Assembly: GCA_040218735.1 (NCBI GenBank)
Contig: JAVJQW010000062.1
Coordinates: 160,001 to 224,000 of the forward strand
From: Deltaproteobacteria bacterium
Lineage (GTDB): Bacteria > Myxococcota > Kuafuiibacteriia > Kuafuiibacteriales > Kuafuiibacteriaceae
Direction: 5' to 3'
DNA: 64,000 bases
Both the position numbers and the translations under genes were made by a program. Positions 9,681-19,381 of the stretch are shown here, one piece after another (positions within the stretch are counted from its first letter, which is position 1; each line of letters begins with the position of its first letter). A model generated the notes under the pieces. That model did not search any database, was not told the origin of the DNA, and saw only the letters and a list, made by a program, of their open reading frames with translations.

Positions 9681-10978
9681 GGCGTCTCTTGATCGTCGCG
9701 GGCGACCGCGAGCTCACACGCTTCATCGCCGAGGCGATGCTCGGACGATCCGCGTCGGAGCCACCGCGCCCCGACGACACCTGGGACGTCGCGCGCGCGC
9801 ACACCGGGCTCGAAGGTCTGACGCTCGTCGAGTACGGCGGCCGGCCGTTCGACTGCGTGCTGCTCGGGACCGGCCTCCCCGACCAGGAGGTCCTCGACGT
9901 CGTCGCGAAGATGCGCGCGCTCGACGTCACGAAGGACGTCCCGATGTTCCTGATCGTCGAGCGCGGGCGCGACATGCACTCGCGTCGCATCGCGACCGAG
10001 CGTCACCAGGTGGCGGGTTTCTTGGAGAAGCCGGTGACGGCGGACGCGCTGCGCCAGACCTTCGAGGGGCTCGAGCGCAAGCGCCGCATCCTCCTCGTGG
10101 AGAGTCGCGAGGACACCTCCGAGCGCTACACCGAGTCGCTGAAGAACGCCGGCTACGCGGTCGAAGCGGTAGCGACGGGGCGCGCGGCGCTCGACCGCGT
10201 TCCGCGCCTGGCGCCCGACCTCGTCGTCGCGGCGCTGACCCTCGATGACGCCCGCGGCGTCGATGTCTGCGTGGACCTCAAGAAGGCCGCGACGAAGGCG
10301 CCGGTGCGCGTGGTCCTCTACGGCCAGGTCTCGGCGCTCGCGAACACGGAGATCTCGGAGAACGCGCACCGCGCCGACGACTTCGTGCAGGCGCCGTTCG
10401 ACGACGAGCTCCTCGTCGAGCGCGTGGGCATGCTGATAGGGCGCGGCGGCAAGGAGAAGCCGCGGACGCGTCGGCGCAGCGTTCGGGGCATCGACATCGA
10501 CCTCGACCGCACGGAGGACAAGACGGAGCAAGGGATGTACGCGGTGGAGGGCACCTCGCCCGGCGACCGCGAGTCCCCGAGTGAGCCGAAGTCCCCGGGT
10601 GCGCCGCCGCCTTCGGCCTCGCCCGCGCCGAGCGGACCGGCCCGGCGTTCGACGCGGCGGGTGCCGTGCAACATCTCGATGCGCGTCGTGGGCGGCGGGC
10701 GCACGCACACGTCGAAGACGCTCGACATCTCCCACGGCGGGATCTTCCTCGCGACGGAGGAGACGCTGGAGATCGGCACGCGCCTGGAGATGACGTTTCA
10801 GATCCCCGGCTCCGAGCACGTGGTGGAAGCGGTCGGCAAGGTCGCGTGGAAGAGCGGTGGGGACAACGACGGGCGCGCGGGCGTCGGTGTGAAGTTCTCG
10901 CGGATCGATCCCAAGGACCTGAAGCTGATCGTCGACTACGTGAACCGCGTCTCGCGCGTGGTCTACTCGGCGACGTGA
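9677..10978 (+). CDS. Two receiver-like domains plus C-terminal PilZ domain
   Basis: Two REC folds; RRSTR and DISHGG PilZ motifs; GTG overlaps cutA stop. Confidence 0.85.
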   Translation: MRRLLIVAGDRELTRFIAEAMLGRSASEPPRPDDTWDVARAHTGLEGLTLVEYGGRPFDCVLLGTGLPDQEVLDVVAKMRALDVTKDVPMFLIVERGRDMHSRRIATERHQVAGFLEKPVTADALRQTFEGLERKRRILLVESREDTSERYTESLKNAGYAVEAVATGRAALDRVPRLAPDLVVAALTLDDARGVDVCVDLKKAATKAPVRVVLYGQVSALANTEISENAHRADDFVQAPFDDELLVERVGMLIGRGGKEKPRTRRRSVRGIDIDLDRTEDKTEQGMYAVEGTSPGDRESPSEPKSPGAPPPSASPAPSGPARRSTRRVPCNISMRVVGGGRTHTSKTLDISHGGIFLATEETLEIGTRLEMTFQIPGSEHVVEAVGKVAWKSGGDNDGRAGVGVKFSRIDPKDLKLIVDYVNRVSRVVYSAT

Positions 10979-11739
10979 TGATGCGCGTGCTCTGGGCGCC
11001 GCTCGTACTGGCGCTGCTCACCGGATGCCCGAAGTCGACGTCGTCGACCGACGCGACCGAAGGCTGGGTGCGCGTGAAGGACGGCGTGTTCCGCAACGGC
11101 GACGCGTACGTCTACGTGTTCGCGGGGGCGCGCGACTTGGAGAAGAGCCTCCCGGGCGTCGCGTTCGGCGACGCGAGCGGTCCGGCCTTCGGGCTCCTCG
11201 GCGGCTACTACGCGCCGTGGATCCTCGCGCCCGATTCGGCGGTGACCTACGCGCCCGAGGTGAAGACCGGCGAGGTCCTCGAGGTGCGCCTCGCGGGTCC
11301 CGAGCACGGGCTCGCGGTCGACGTTGCGTTGACGCCGCGGCGGATCCTCGAAGCGCGCATCATCGGCAGCGCGGTGCTCGCGCCGCGCGCCGATCGCACC
11401 GAGATCCAGGGCTTCCTCGACGACCGCCCGTCGTTCCTCACGGAGGTGAGCGCGGGCGACGAGGTGGAGCTGCTCGAGCCGCGCGCGGACGTCATCGAGA
11501 TCGTCCCACGCGGTGAGGAGCGGTGGCGCGTCGCGACTGCTTGCACGCGGGCGCGGGTGTGGCGACCGCGTCCGACGGGGTCGACGAGTGTGTTCCTCGT
11601 GGCGGTGGGGCCCGACCCGCTGTTGTTCGACGCGGTGTACACAGCCGAAGGGGCGACGAAGCGGCACCCGGACTTCGACGCATGCGGTCGAAGCGCGACG
11701 AGCACGGTTACGTTTGCGCGGGCGTCCGGGGGGCGATAA
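10978..11739 (+). CDS. Hypothetical lipoprotein
   Basis: MMRVLWAPLVLALLTGC lipobox; translationally coupled to the upstream gene. Confidence 0.7.
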   Translation: MMRVLWAPLVLALLTGCPKSTSSTDATEGWVRVKDGVFRNGDAYVYVFAGARDLEKSLPGVAFGDASGPAFGLLGGYYAPWILAPDSAVTYAPEVKTGEVLEVRLAGPEHGLAVDVALTPRRILEARIIGSAVLAPRADRTEIQGFLDDRPSFLTEVSAGDEVELLEPRADVIEIVPRGEERWRVATACTRARVWRPRPTGSTSVFLVAVGPDPLLFDAVYTAEGATKRHPDFDACGRSATSTVTFARASGGR

Positions 11740-11748
11740 GCCAGTCGC

Positions 11749-12918
11749 ATGTTCGAAGGCGCGAAGCAGATCTTCACGGACCAACTGAAAGAGATCGAAG
11801 ACGCGGGGCTCACGAAGAACGAGCGCGTCATCGGGTCGCCGCAGGGCGCGGGCATCGAGGCCGAGCCGGGCGGGAACGTCCTCAACTTCTGCGCGAACAA
11901 CTACCTCGGCCTGGCGAACCACGAGGTGCTCGTCGCGGCGGCGAAGCAGGCGCTCGACGACTACGGGTACGGCCTGTCCTCGGTGCGATTCATCTGCGGG
12001 ACGCAGAAGCTCCACAAGGCGCTCGAAGCGAAGGTCGCGACGTTCCTCGGCACGGACGACACCATCCTCTACTCGAGCTGCTTCGACGCCAACGGCGGCC
12101 TCTTCGAGACGCTCCTCACCGCCGAGGACGCGATCATCTCGGACGCGCTCAACCACGCGTCGATCATCGACGGCATCCGCCTCTGCAAGGCCGAGCGCCA
12201 CCGCTACGCCAACGGCGACATGGCCGAGCTCGAGGAGAAGCTGAAGGCGACGCAGGACAAACGCATCCGCCTCATCGCCACCGACGGCGTCTTCTCGATG
12301 GACGGCACGTACGCGAAGCTCGATCGCATCTGCGACCTCGCGGATCAGTACAACGCGATGGTCATGGTCGACGACAGCCACGCGACCGGCTTCGTCGGCA
12401 AGACGGGCCGCGGCACCCCGGAGCTGTTCGGCGTGCAAGGCCGCGTCGACGTCATCACGTCGACGCTCGGCAAGGCCCTCGGCGGCGCGTCGGGCGGGTT
12501 CACGACGGGGCGCAAGGAGATCATCGCCCTCCTCCGCCAGCGCTCACGCCCGTACCTGTTCTCGAACACGCTGGCGCCGCCGATCGCCGGCGCGTCGATC
12601 GCCTGCCTCGACATGCTGAGCGAAACGACCGAGCGACGCGATCGCCTGGAGTCGAACACCGCCTACTTCCGCGAGAAGATGGGATCGCTCGGGTTCGACA
12701 TCCCTGAGGGCACGCACCCGATCGTCCCGGTGATGATCGGCGACGCCCGCAAGGCCGCCGAGATGGCGGACAAGCTGCTGGCCGAGGGCATCTACGTGAT
12801 CGGGTTCTCGTACCCCGTGGTCCCGAAGGGGACCGCGCGGATCCGCGTGCAGATCTCCGCGGCGCACTCGACGGGGGATCTGGATACCGCGATCGCGGCG
12901 TTCGAGAAGGTGAGGTGA
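11749..12918 (+). CDS. kbl: Glycine C-acetyltransferase (2-amino-3-ketobutyrate CoA ligase)
   Basis: [54 protein letters not shown]. Confidence 0.96.
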   Translation: MFEGAKQIFTDQLKEIEDAGLTKNERVIGSPQGAGIEAEPGGNVLNFCANNYLGLANHEVLVAAAKQALDDYGYGLSSVRFICGTQKLHKALEAKVATFLGTDDTILYSSCFDANGGLFETLLTAEDAIISDALNHASIIDGIRLCKAERHRYANGDMAELEEKLKATQDKRIRLIATDGVFSMDGTYAKLDRICDLADQYNAMVMVDDSHATGFVGKTGRGTPELFGVQGRVDVITSTLGKALGGASGGFTTGRKEIIALLRQRSRPYLFSNTLAPPIAGASIACLDMLSETTERRDRLESNTAYFREKMGSLGFDIPEGTHPIVPVMIGDARKAAEMADKLLAEGIYVIGFSYPVVPKGTARIRVQISAAHSTGDLDTAIAAFEKVR

Positions 12919-12935
12919 AGAGCAGGCGGCCGCCG

Positions 12936-13127
12936 CCTCAGAACCCTTGAACTTGAACTTGCCCTTTCCCTTGCCCTCTCGCAGGGAAAGGGACGGGCAA
13001 CTCAAGTGTGCCCGTGGGCTACGTGCGAATCCCTGAATCCTTGCCCAGGCTCTTCACGCGGCGCCAGGAATCGCGGCCGTGCTCGAGGGCAAGGGCAAGT
13101 TCAAGTTCAAGTTCAAGGGTTCTGAGG
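12936..13127. repeat. Palindromic intergenic element, copy 1 (REP/MITE-like)
   Basis: Terminal inverted repeats CCTCAGAACCCTTGAACTTGAACTTG ... CAAGTTCAAGTTCAAGGGTTCTGAGG; homologous to 22674-22878. Confidence 0.85.
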
Positions 13128-13150
13128 GCGATCGTGCCCCCCCCCACGAG

Positions 13151-13183
13151 AAAGGGCCCGCGTCGTCGCCGACGCGAGCCCTC
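13151..13183 (-). terminator. Putative intrinsic terminator of the 13210-14232 gene
   Basis: Minus strand GGGCTCGCGTCG-GCGA-CGACGCGGGCCC followed by TTTCT. Confidence 0.6.
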
Positions 13184-13209
13184 GGTAGCTCGTTCGCTTG
13201 GTTGCGGGA

Positions 13210-14232
13210 CTAGCCGCCGTAGACCTCGCCCGAGAGCGCGATCTCCTCCTCCGCCGTCCAGCTCAGATCGCCGCTGCCCGTACACGACACCATCGTAGGC
13301 GTGTACGAGCAGGACAGCTCGCCGTCGCGGCCGCGGATGCTCAGCATGCCGCTGCCGCCGCCGACGCCGTCCCAGTCCGCGGAGATCTCGTAGACGAAGC
13401 TGTACTCTTCGCCGTCCGGGGTGATCGCGTAGACGAGGTACTCGACGCTGCCGGAGCCCGCGTTGCCCATCGCCGCCGCTTCGACCTTCACGCCGCCCTT
13501 GAGGCTCGCGGAGCGCTGCGCGCCGTTCTCCTGCCAGGTGCCGTCGACCTCCCACGCCACGAGGACGCGCGCCGAGGCGTCGTTTTCGCCGTTGGCGTTG
13601 AGCTCGGCCTCCATCAGGAGCGTGCCGTCGAGGCAGGCCATCTCACCCTCGGTCTCGCAGACGTTCTGCAGCTCCTCGGTGATCTTGTAGTAGAGGCGGT
13701 TCTCGGAGAGCTCGACCTCCATCTCGACCTTCACGGTGCCGGTGACGCCGGCGCCGCAGTTGTCGAGGTTCATCTCGAACGATGCGCTCGCGCTCGCCGA
13801 GCCGCCGCCGAGCAGGACGTCCACGCCCAGCTCCTGCGCGATCTCTTCACCCGCCGCCTGCGCCTCCGCGCCGCCGCACTCCTCGAACTCCGCCGTGCGC
13901 AGCGGCGCCGACTCGTTCTTGAAGAAGCGGTAGTAGTTCTGCTGCATCATCGGCATGTAGCGGTTCATCATGTTGACTTCGCCGAAGCCGCGAACCTTGC
14001 CGATCGCCGTGAGCCCCTGACCGGGCACACCACTCGCGCCGAGCGACCGCACCGAACCCGAAGCGCTCGCCTGGCTGCTCGCCGACATCACCGCGGTCTT
14101 GTCCGTCGTCGAACCCGACGGGTTCTCGAAGTCCTCGCGCACTTGATCGATGTCGGGGCCACCGCCGCAGGCGATCATGCCCACCGTCAGCGCCGCGCTC
14201 AGGCCCATCCAAGAAACCTTCTTCACAAACAT
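13210..14232 (-). CDS. Hypothetical acidic lipoprotein
   Basis: MFVKKVSWMGLSAALTVGMIAC lipobox; GGAGG upstream; several Cys. Confidence 0.8.
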   Translation of the reverse strand: MFVKKVSWMGLSAALTVGMIACGGGPDIDQVREDFENPSGSTTDKTAVMSASSQASASGSVRSLGASGVPGQGLTAIGKVRGFGEVNMMNRYMPMMQQNYYRFFKNESAPLRTAEFEECGGAEAQAAGEEIAQELGVDVLLGGGSASASASFEMNLDNCGAGVTGTVKVEMEVELSENRLYYKITEELQNVCETEGEMACLDGTLLMEAELNANGENDASARVLVAWEVDGTWQENGAQRSASLKGGVKVEAAAMGNAGSGSVEYLVYAITPDGEEYSFVYEISADWDGVGGGSGMLSIRGRDGELSCSYTPTMVSCTGSGDLSWTAEEEIALSGEVYGG

Positions 14233-14413
14233 TGCTCTCATTCCCTCCGAAGCCGCGTCTCGTGTCGTCGCGAGGCGTGGGCTCGATTCATTGCCGGGTG
14301 CCATCGGCAAGAGATTCGACCTCCTGCATAGCTCGAATCGGACATGTTTTGCACCGGCGTGACGGCGCGCATCGCACCCGACCTTCGCCGGGGTTGTGCT
14401 CCGCGCGCCTACC

Positions 14414-16216
14414 TCAAGGATCCGTATCCGCGGTGACCCGAAAGACCTCCTCGTAGGTCGTGATGCCCTGCGCGAGCTTCCGGATGGCGCCCTGCCGCAG
14501 CGGCGTCATCCCGTCCAACGTCGCGACCTTCGCGATCTCCTTGGCGTCCTTCTCCTCCGCGATCATGCGACGGATCTTCGGCGACACGTCGAGCATCTCG
14601 AAGATCCCGGTGCGCCCGTACAGTCCGGTGTTCCGACATCGCACACACCCCTCGCCGCGCTTCACCGGGAGCTTGCGCCCCTCGCCCGGCTCGATCGGGA
14701 TCCCCAGCGCCACGATCTGATCGTCGCTGAGGAACGACTCGACCGCGCACTCCTGACAGATCTTGCGCACCAACCGCTGCGCGAGGATCCCCGCCAACGT
14801 CGACCCCAACAAAAACGGCTCCACGCCGAGATCGATCAGACGCGACACACTCGTCGCCGTGTCGTTCGTGTGCAGCGTCGAGAACACCAAGTGCCCCGTC
14901 AACGACGCTTGCACTGTCATGTTCGCCGTCTCGTGGTCGCGGATCTCTCCCACCATCACGACGTCCGGGTCCTGGCGCAGGATCGTCCGCAGCGCACGCG
15001 CGAAGGTGACGTCGATCTTCGCCTGCACCGAGACCTGGTTGAGCGGCTCGTACACCATCTCGATCGGGTCCTCGACCGTCACGATGTTCACGTCCGGGCG
15101 CGCGAGGTGCTTCAGCGTCGAGTACAGCGTCGTCGTCTTGCCGCTGCCCGTCGGCCCCGTCACCAGCACCAACCCGTGCGGCCGCGTAATCCACGTCTCG
15201 TAGACCTCGCGCTCCTTCGTCGAGAAGCCGAGATCTACCACCTCCGCGAGGAGCACCTGCGGATCGAAGATACGCACGACGATCTTCTCGCCGAACGCCA
15301 CCGGCAACGACGACACACGCAGCTCGATCTCCCGCTCCCCGCGCTGCGTCTTGATGCGCCCGTCCTGCGGGCGCCGCTTCTCGGCGATGTCCATCCGCGC
15401 CAGGATCTTGATGCGCGCGATGAACGCCGGGTGCACCGCCGCCGGCACCTGACCGACGTCGTGGAGGATGCCGTCGATGCGCAGCCGCAGGTTGGAGTGC
15501 TCGCGCTTCGGCTCGATGTGGATGTCACTCGCGCGGTTGTCGAACGCGGAGTTCAGCAGGTACTCGACCGCCGCGACGATCTTCTGATCGCCCGGATCGA
15601 TCTCGTCCGAGCTGCGCACGCGCACGAGCTGCTCGAGGTTCTGCAGCTTCGCGCCCGTCGCGTCCTGCGCCGCGCCGGAGACCGCCTGCCTGAACCCGTA
15701 GACCTGCGTGATGATGTTGACGATGTCGCGCTTCGACGAGACGACCGCCGCGACTTCCCGTCGCTCCGCCCGCGCGAACTCTTCGAGCGCCTGCGTGTCG
15801 TAAGGATCGGCGAGCGCGACGGTGAGGCGCCCGTTCTTCTCCTCGAGCGGCAGCATCACGTGCCGCCGCGCGAACCCCTTCGGGAGGCTCTTGGTGACGA
15901 GCCCCATGTCGATCTCCAGGGGATCGATCTTCTTGTAGGGCATGCCGGTCGCCTGGGCGAGGAGCTGCGCGAGGATGTCTTCGTCGATGTTCCGCCCGGG
16001 CGCGTCCGGGTGCGGGAGCTTCGCCGTGTCGATCAGCTCCGTCGGCGCGACGTTGTAGTTCTTCTTGTTCTTGAGCCCCTGCGACCCGAACTTCGCGCGC
16101 AGGAACTTGGCGCGGAGCGTGTCCTCCTTCGCCAGCAGATCCCGCCGCTGCACGTCGTCGATCGCACCCGCCTCGACCAACATGCCGAGCAGCCGATCGT
16201 ACGTCAGGCGCCCCAT
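14414..16216 (-). CDS. GspE/PilB-family secretion/pilus assembly ATPase
   Basis: ASDIHIEP, PQDGR, GPTGSGKTT, LRQDPDVVMVGEIRD, TGHLVFSTLHTN, CxxC...CxxC. Confidence 0.93.
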   Translation of the reverse strand: MGRLTYDRLLGMLVEAGAIDDVQRRDLLAKEDTLRAKFLRAKFGSQGLKNKKNYNVAPTELIDTAKLPHPDAPGRNIDEDILAQLLAQATGMPYKKIDPLEIDMGLVTKSLPKGFARRHVMLPLEEKNGRLTVALADPYDTQALEEFARAERREVAAVVSSKRDIVNIITQVYGFRQAVSGAAQDATGAKLQNLEQLVRVRSSDEIDPGDQKIVAAVEYLLNSAFDNRASDIHIEPKREHSNLRLRIDGILHDVGQVPAAVHPAFIARIKILARMDIAEKRRPQDGRIKTQRGEREIELRVSSLPVAFGEKIVVRIFDPQVLLAEVVDLGFSTKEREVYETWITRPHGLVLVTGPTGSGKTTTLYSTLKHLARPDVNIVTVEDPIEMVYEPLNQVSVQAKIDVTFARALRTILRQDPDVVMVGEIRDHETANMTVQASLTGHLVFSTLHTNDTATSVSRLIDLGVEPFLLGSTLAGILAQRLVRKICQECAVESFLSDDQIVALGIPIEPGEGRKLPVKRGEGCVRCRNTGLYGRTGIFEMLDVSPKIRRMIAEEKDAKEIAKVATLDGMTPLRQGAIRKLAQGITTYEEVFRVTADTDP

Positions 16217-16274
16217 GGGACGCCGCCCCGGAGGACTCGGTCGCATCGACCGCGGATGTTCCCAGGAAGCCGCG

Positions 16275-17246
16275 TCAGTCGCAAACAAAGACGCTGTCGA
16301 CGACCGGCGGCAGGTTCCCGCGGTTGCGTTCGACCTCGCGCGCCGCGCACCGCGAAGTCGGACAGAGCAGCGGCGTCCTCGGGTTGCACGGCAGCGCGCA
16401 GCGACCGTTCACACACAGCCCGGTCTTGCAGTTGCTCCCCATGAGGCACCCGATGCCGACCTCGACCAGGCCCGACGAAAAGCCATCGCAGCGTCCGACG
16501 ATCGCGGCGTTGTCCCACGCCTCACCCGCCGGGACGTCGGGGTGATCCGCGACGGTCTCGACCGAGTACACGCAGCCCTGGTTCGTCCCCGCCGGGCACT
16601 CCGACGAAGCCTGGCACGCGTCCGGCTGCGGCTGCATCTCGAGCGCGACCGAAGACGTGACGATCTCCTCCGGGAAACAAACCCCGACGGTGAACCGGCC
16701 GCGTTCGTCGCTCGCACGCGCGGCCGCGTCGTCCACCGCCGCCAGCCGACACGTGTGGTTCGCCGGACAGTTCGCCTCGGACGAACACGCCCGAAGGCAC
16801 ATCCGCCAGTCCTCCACCTCCGCGTCGACGCTCTCGAGCGCTCCCCCCTCGGGCAGCAGGTACAGCGGGTACGAAGTCGACGCGCCCTCGGCAGCGAACG
16901 CGACGCAGTGCAGCCCGTCCGCGCAGCCACACGCCGAAGACGAAGCACGCGCGCTCGTCGACGTGTGGATGCCGCTCTCGCAGCGCACCGCCGACGAGTA
17001 CGGCGTCACCACCGGCTCGCAGCGTGTGCTCGCGAACGTGCACCCCGGACGCCCCGTCTGTTCGGTGTCGCAAGAGAACCGCGGGAGGCAGTCACCGTCG
17101 ACGCACCAGTGCGATTCGGGACACGGCAACAACCCGTCCGGCGCCGGCGCCTCCTCGATGCACGCGAAGCGCTCCGGGGGGACGTTCGGCAGGTCGAACG
17201 AACACGCCGTCGACAGCGCCACGAACAACAGCAGCGCGCGCCTCAC
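16275..17246 (-). CDS. Cys-rich lipoprotein
   Basis: VRRALLLFVALSTAC lipobox; many Cys; GTG overlaps upstream stop. Confidence 0.75.
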   Translation of the reverse strand: MRRALLLFVALSTACSFDLPNVPPERFACIEEAPAPDGLLPCPESHWCVDGDCLPRFSCDTEQTGRPGCTFASTRCEPVVTPYSSAVRCESGIHTSTSARASSSACGCADGLHCVAFAAEGASTSYPLYLLPEGGALESVDAEVEDWRMCLRACSSEANCPANHTCRLAAVDDAAARASDERGRFTVGVCFPEEIVTSSVALEMQPQPDACQASSECPAGTNQGCVYSVETVADHPDVPAGEAWDNAAIVGRCDGFSSGLVEVGIGCLMGSNCKTGLCVNGRCALPCNPRTPLLCPTSRCAAREVERNRGNLPPVVDSVFVCD

Positions 17247-18235
17247 CACGTCCACCCCACGACCGCGCCCGAGCCGTCGACGACGAGGTCCTCGCCGGGG
17301 TCGAGCACGTACCAGACGACCGCGCCGATCACCGCCGCCGCGCCCGCGACGAGGAGACCGTTCGTCACCAGCGTCCCGCGTCCGACCGCCGACTCGTCGC
17401 GCGCGTAGCGCTCGCGCGTGAATCCTTCGTCGCAGGGTCCGCCACCACACGCAGCGTCCCAGCCGTCGACCGTGTTCTTCGTCGTCACACCGACGATCAC
17501 CCCGGTGGCCACCGCCGCGAGCCCGATGCCGCCGAGGATCAAGGGCCGCACGCTTCGGTTCTTCTCCAGCTCGACGGCGACCGCGGTCCGCTGCCCGAGC
17601 AGCACCTCCGCCGTCGCGCTGGCCGGCGAATGCCCGCGCGCCTCCACGACGATCTGTCGCTCCCCGGGCTTCACCCGCACCACGGTCATGAACCCGGACT
17701 CGTTCGCGGCGGTCGTCCCGGCGAGCTGGCCGTCCACGAACACGTTCGCCCCGGCGAGGTTCGCCGAGACCGCGAGGAGCCCCTTCGCCCGCGCGAAGCG
17801 CTCCGGGAACAGGTCCGCCACCACGGCCGACACCGCCTGCGCGATCCCACGACCGCCGGGCGGGATCTCGCGCGACACCCGAACGCGCGAGCCGGTCGCC
17901 GATGTCGCCGTGTCGATCAGCCGCACGCGCAAGACGAGTTGCTCTTCGAGGTCGAGCGTCCCGACCACGAGGCGATCCGTCTTCACGTTCGCCGTCGCGC
18001 TGCGGAGGCACGCGTCGTCGGTGCACGCCTCCAGCCGGCGCGCGGCGTCCTCGCCGAGGAGCTCGCCGAGGTTCGACAGGGAGACCACCTCCAGATCCGG
18101 GAGGTCCCCGAGCGCCTCCTCCAGCGCGATGGTCGCGGCGCGTCGCGACGTGCCCGCGGCGTCCCCGCGGATCGGTACGACGCCGACACCGACCGTCGGC
18201 GCGGCGGCGAGCGTGAGGAGGAGGAGCGGCGTCAT
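17243..18235 (-). CDS. PEGA-domain protein
   Basis: Signal peptide; GLLAVSANLAGANVFVDG..GTT...PGERQIVVEARGH PEGA pattern; C-terminal hydrophobic segments. Confidence 0.8.
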   Translation of the reverse strand: MTPLLLLTLAAAPTVGVGVVPIRGDAAGTSRRAATIALEEALGDLPDLEVVSLSNLGELLGEDAARRLEACTDDACLRSATANVKTDRLVVGTLDLEEQLVLRVRLIDTATSATGSRVRVSREIPPGGRGIAQAVSAVVADLFPERFARAKGLLAVSANLAGANVFVDGQLAGTTAANESGFMTVVRVKPGERQIVVEARGHSPASATAEVLLGQRTAVAVELEKNRSVRPLILGGIGLAAVATGVIVGVTTKNTVDGWDAACGGGPCDEGFTRERYARDESAVGRGTLVTNGLLVAGAAAVIGAVVWYVLDPGEDLVVDGSGAVVGWTW

Positions 18236-19293
18236 CGAAGTTCCACGGGCCCGCGCGTGCGCGACAGGAGGCGATCCGCGCCCTGCTCCACGCCGCTCGC
18301 GATCGCCTCGGCGCTCACCTGCGTCAGCAAGTCCAACAGCCCGGGACGTTCGCGCTTCGGGTACACGAGGGTCGGCTCCTCCATGTCCTGGTACGCCGTA
18401 CTGGACGTGACTGTTTCACCGGCGGCTTTTTCTTCGCGCTGCTTGGCGAGGATGACCGCCTTTCTCGCGGCGTCGTGCAGGCCGCCGAGCGCGTCGATGA
18501 GGTCGGCGTCGAGCGCGGCGCGCCCGGTCATCACGCGTCCGTCGGCGAGCGCCTTCACCTTCTCGATCGGCAGACCGCGCCGCTCGGCGATCGCGGTGAC
18601 GAACTGGTCGTAGATGTCCGCGATGAGCCCTTGGAACAGCGCCTCGTCGGCGGGGGTCATCTCGCGGAACGGGTTCCCCGCGTCCTTGAGGGGCCCGCTC
18701 TTGAACGTGTGCATCCGGAAGCGGAGCAGCTGCGCGATCTCCGTCAGGTCCGGGGTCTGCGTGATGACACCGATCGATCCGGTCACCGAGCCGGGTGAAG
18801 CGAACACCCAGTCCGCGCCGAGCGACGCCCAGAACCCACCCGACGCCGCGACGTTCCCCATCGACGCGACCACCGGCTTCTTCTTCGACACCGCGCGCAT
18901 CGCTTCGAAGATCTCCTGCGAAGGCGCGACCGCGCCGCCGGGGGAGTCGATGCGCACCACGACCGCGACGAGATCGTCGCGCCGCCCGAACGCCCGGATG
19001 TCCCGGACGAAGTCGGTGGCGTCCATGATCGCGCCCTCCAGCTCGACCACACCGACGCGCTCGCCGCTCCCGCCGAACACCTGCGCGTTTGCGCCGGTGT
19101 TACCGACGGTCGCGCACGTCACGCAGGTGCCGCCGAGGCTCGCGCCCAGCAGCAGGAGAATGATCGTGTTGAGCGGGTTCGTCCGGCGCGGCGCCGCAGG
19201 CGGCCGAGGTGTACGGCGCGGCGGAGGGGGTGGCTGGCTCGGAAACGAAGCCGGCCCCGGAGGTCGACTGCCGGGCGGGGATCCTTCGTGCAC
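18232..19293 (-). CDS. sppA: Signal peptide peptidase SppA (S49, 36K type)
   Basis: RIDSPGG, KPVVASMGNVAASGG, TGSIGV, KSGPLKD, ADGRVMTG. Confidence 0.93.
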   Translation of the reverse strand: MHEGSPPGSRPPGPASFPSQPPPPPRRTPRPPAAPRRTNPLNTIILLLLGASLGGTCVTCATVGNTGANAQVFGGSGERVGVVELEGAIMDATDFVRDIRAFGRRDDLVAVVVRIDSPGGAVAPSQEIFEAMRAVSKKKPVVASMGNVAASGGFWASLGADWVFASPGSVTGSIGVITQTPDLTEIAQLLRFRMHTFKSGPLKDAGNPFREMTPADEALFQGLIADIYDQFVTAIAERRGLPIEKVKALADGRVMTGRAALDADLIDALGGLHDAARKAVILAKQREEKAAGETVTSSTAYQDMEEPTLVYPKRERPGLLDLLTQVSAEAIASGVEQGADRLLSRTRGPVELR

Positions 19294-19381
19294 GGCCGCG
19301 CAAATCGCCGATCCTGAGGAGGTTGGTCAAGCGCCGGGCCTTGACGAAAGCGCCGAGCGGCCCGAACGTCCCGCGACGACC

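Noticed and set aside
12936-13127. Hexamer repeats as a CRISPR array or a KFKFKG-coding ORF
   Set aside because: No repeat-spacer periodicity and no cas genes; the ORFs through it are incidental.
14291-14310. TGGCAC upstream of the 13210-14232 lipoprotein as a sigma-54 promoter
   Set aside because: No TTGC at the -12 position; only a short TTGCCG/CGGCAA dyad.
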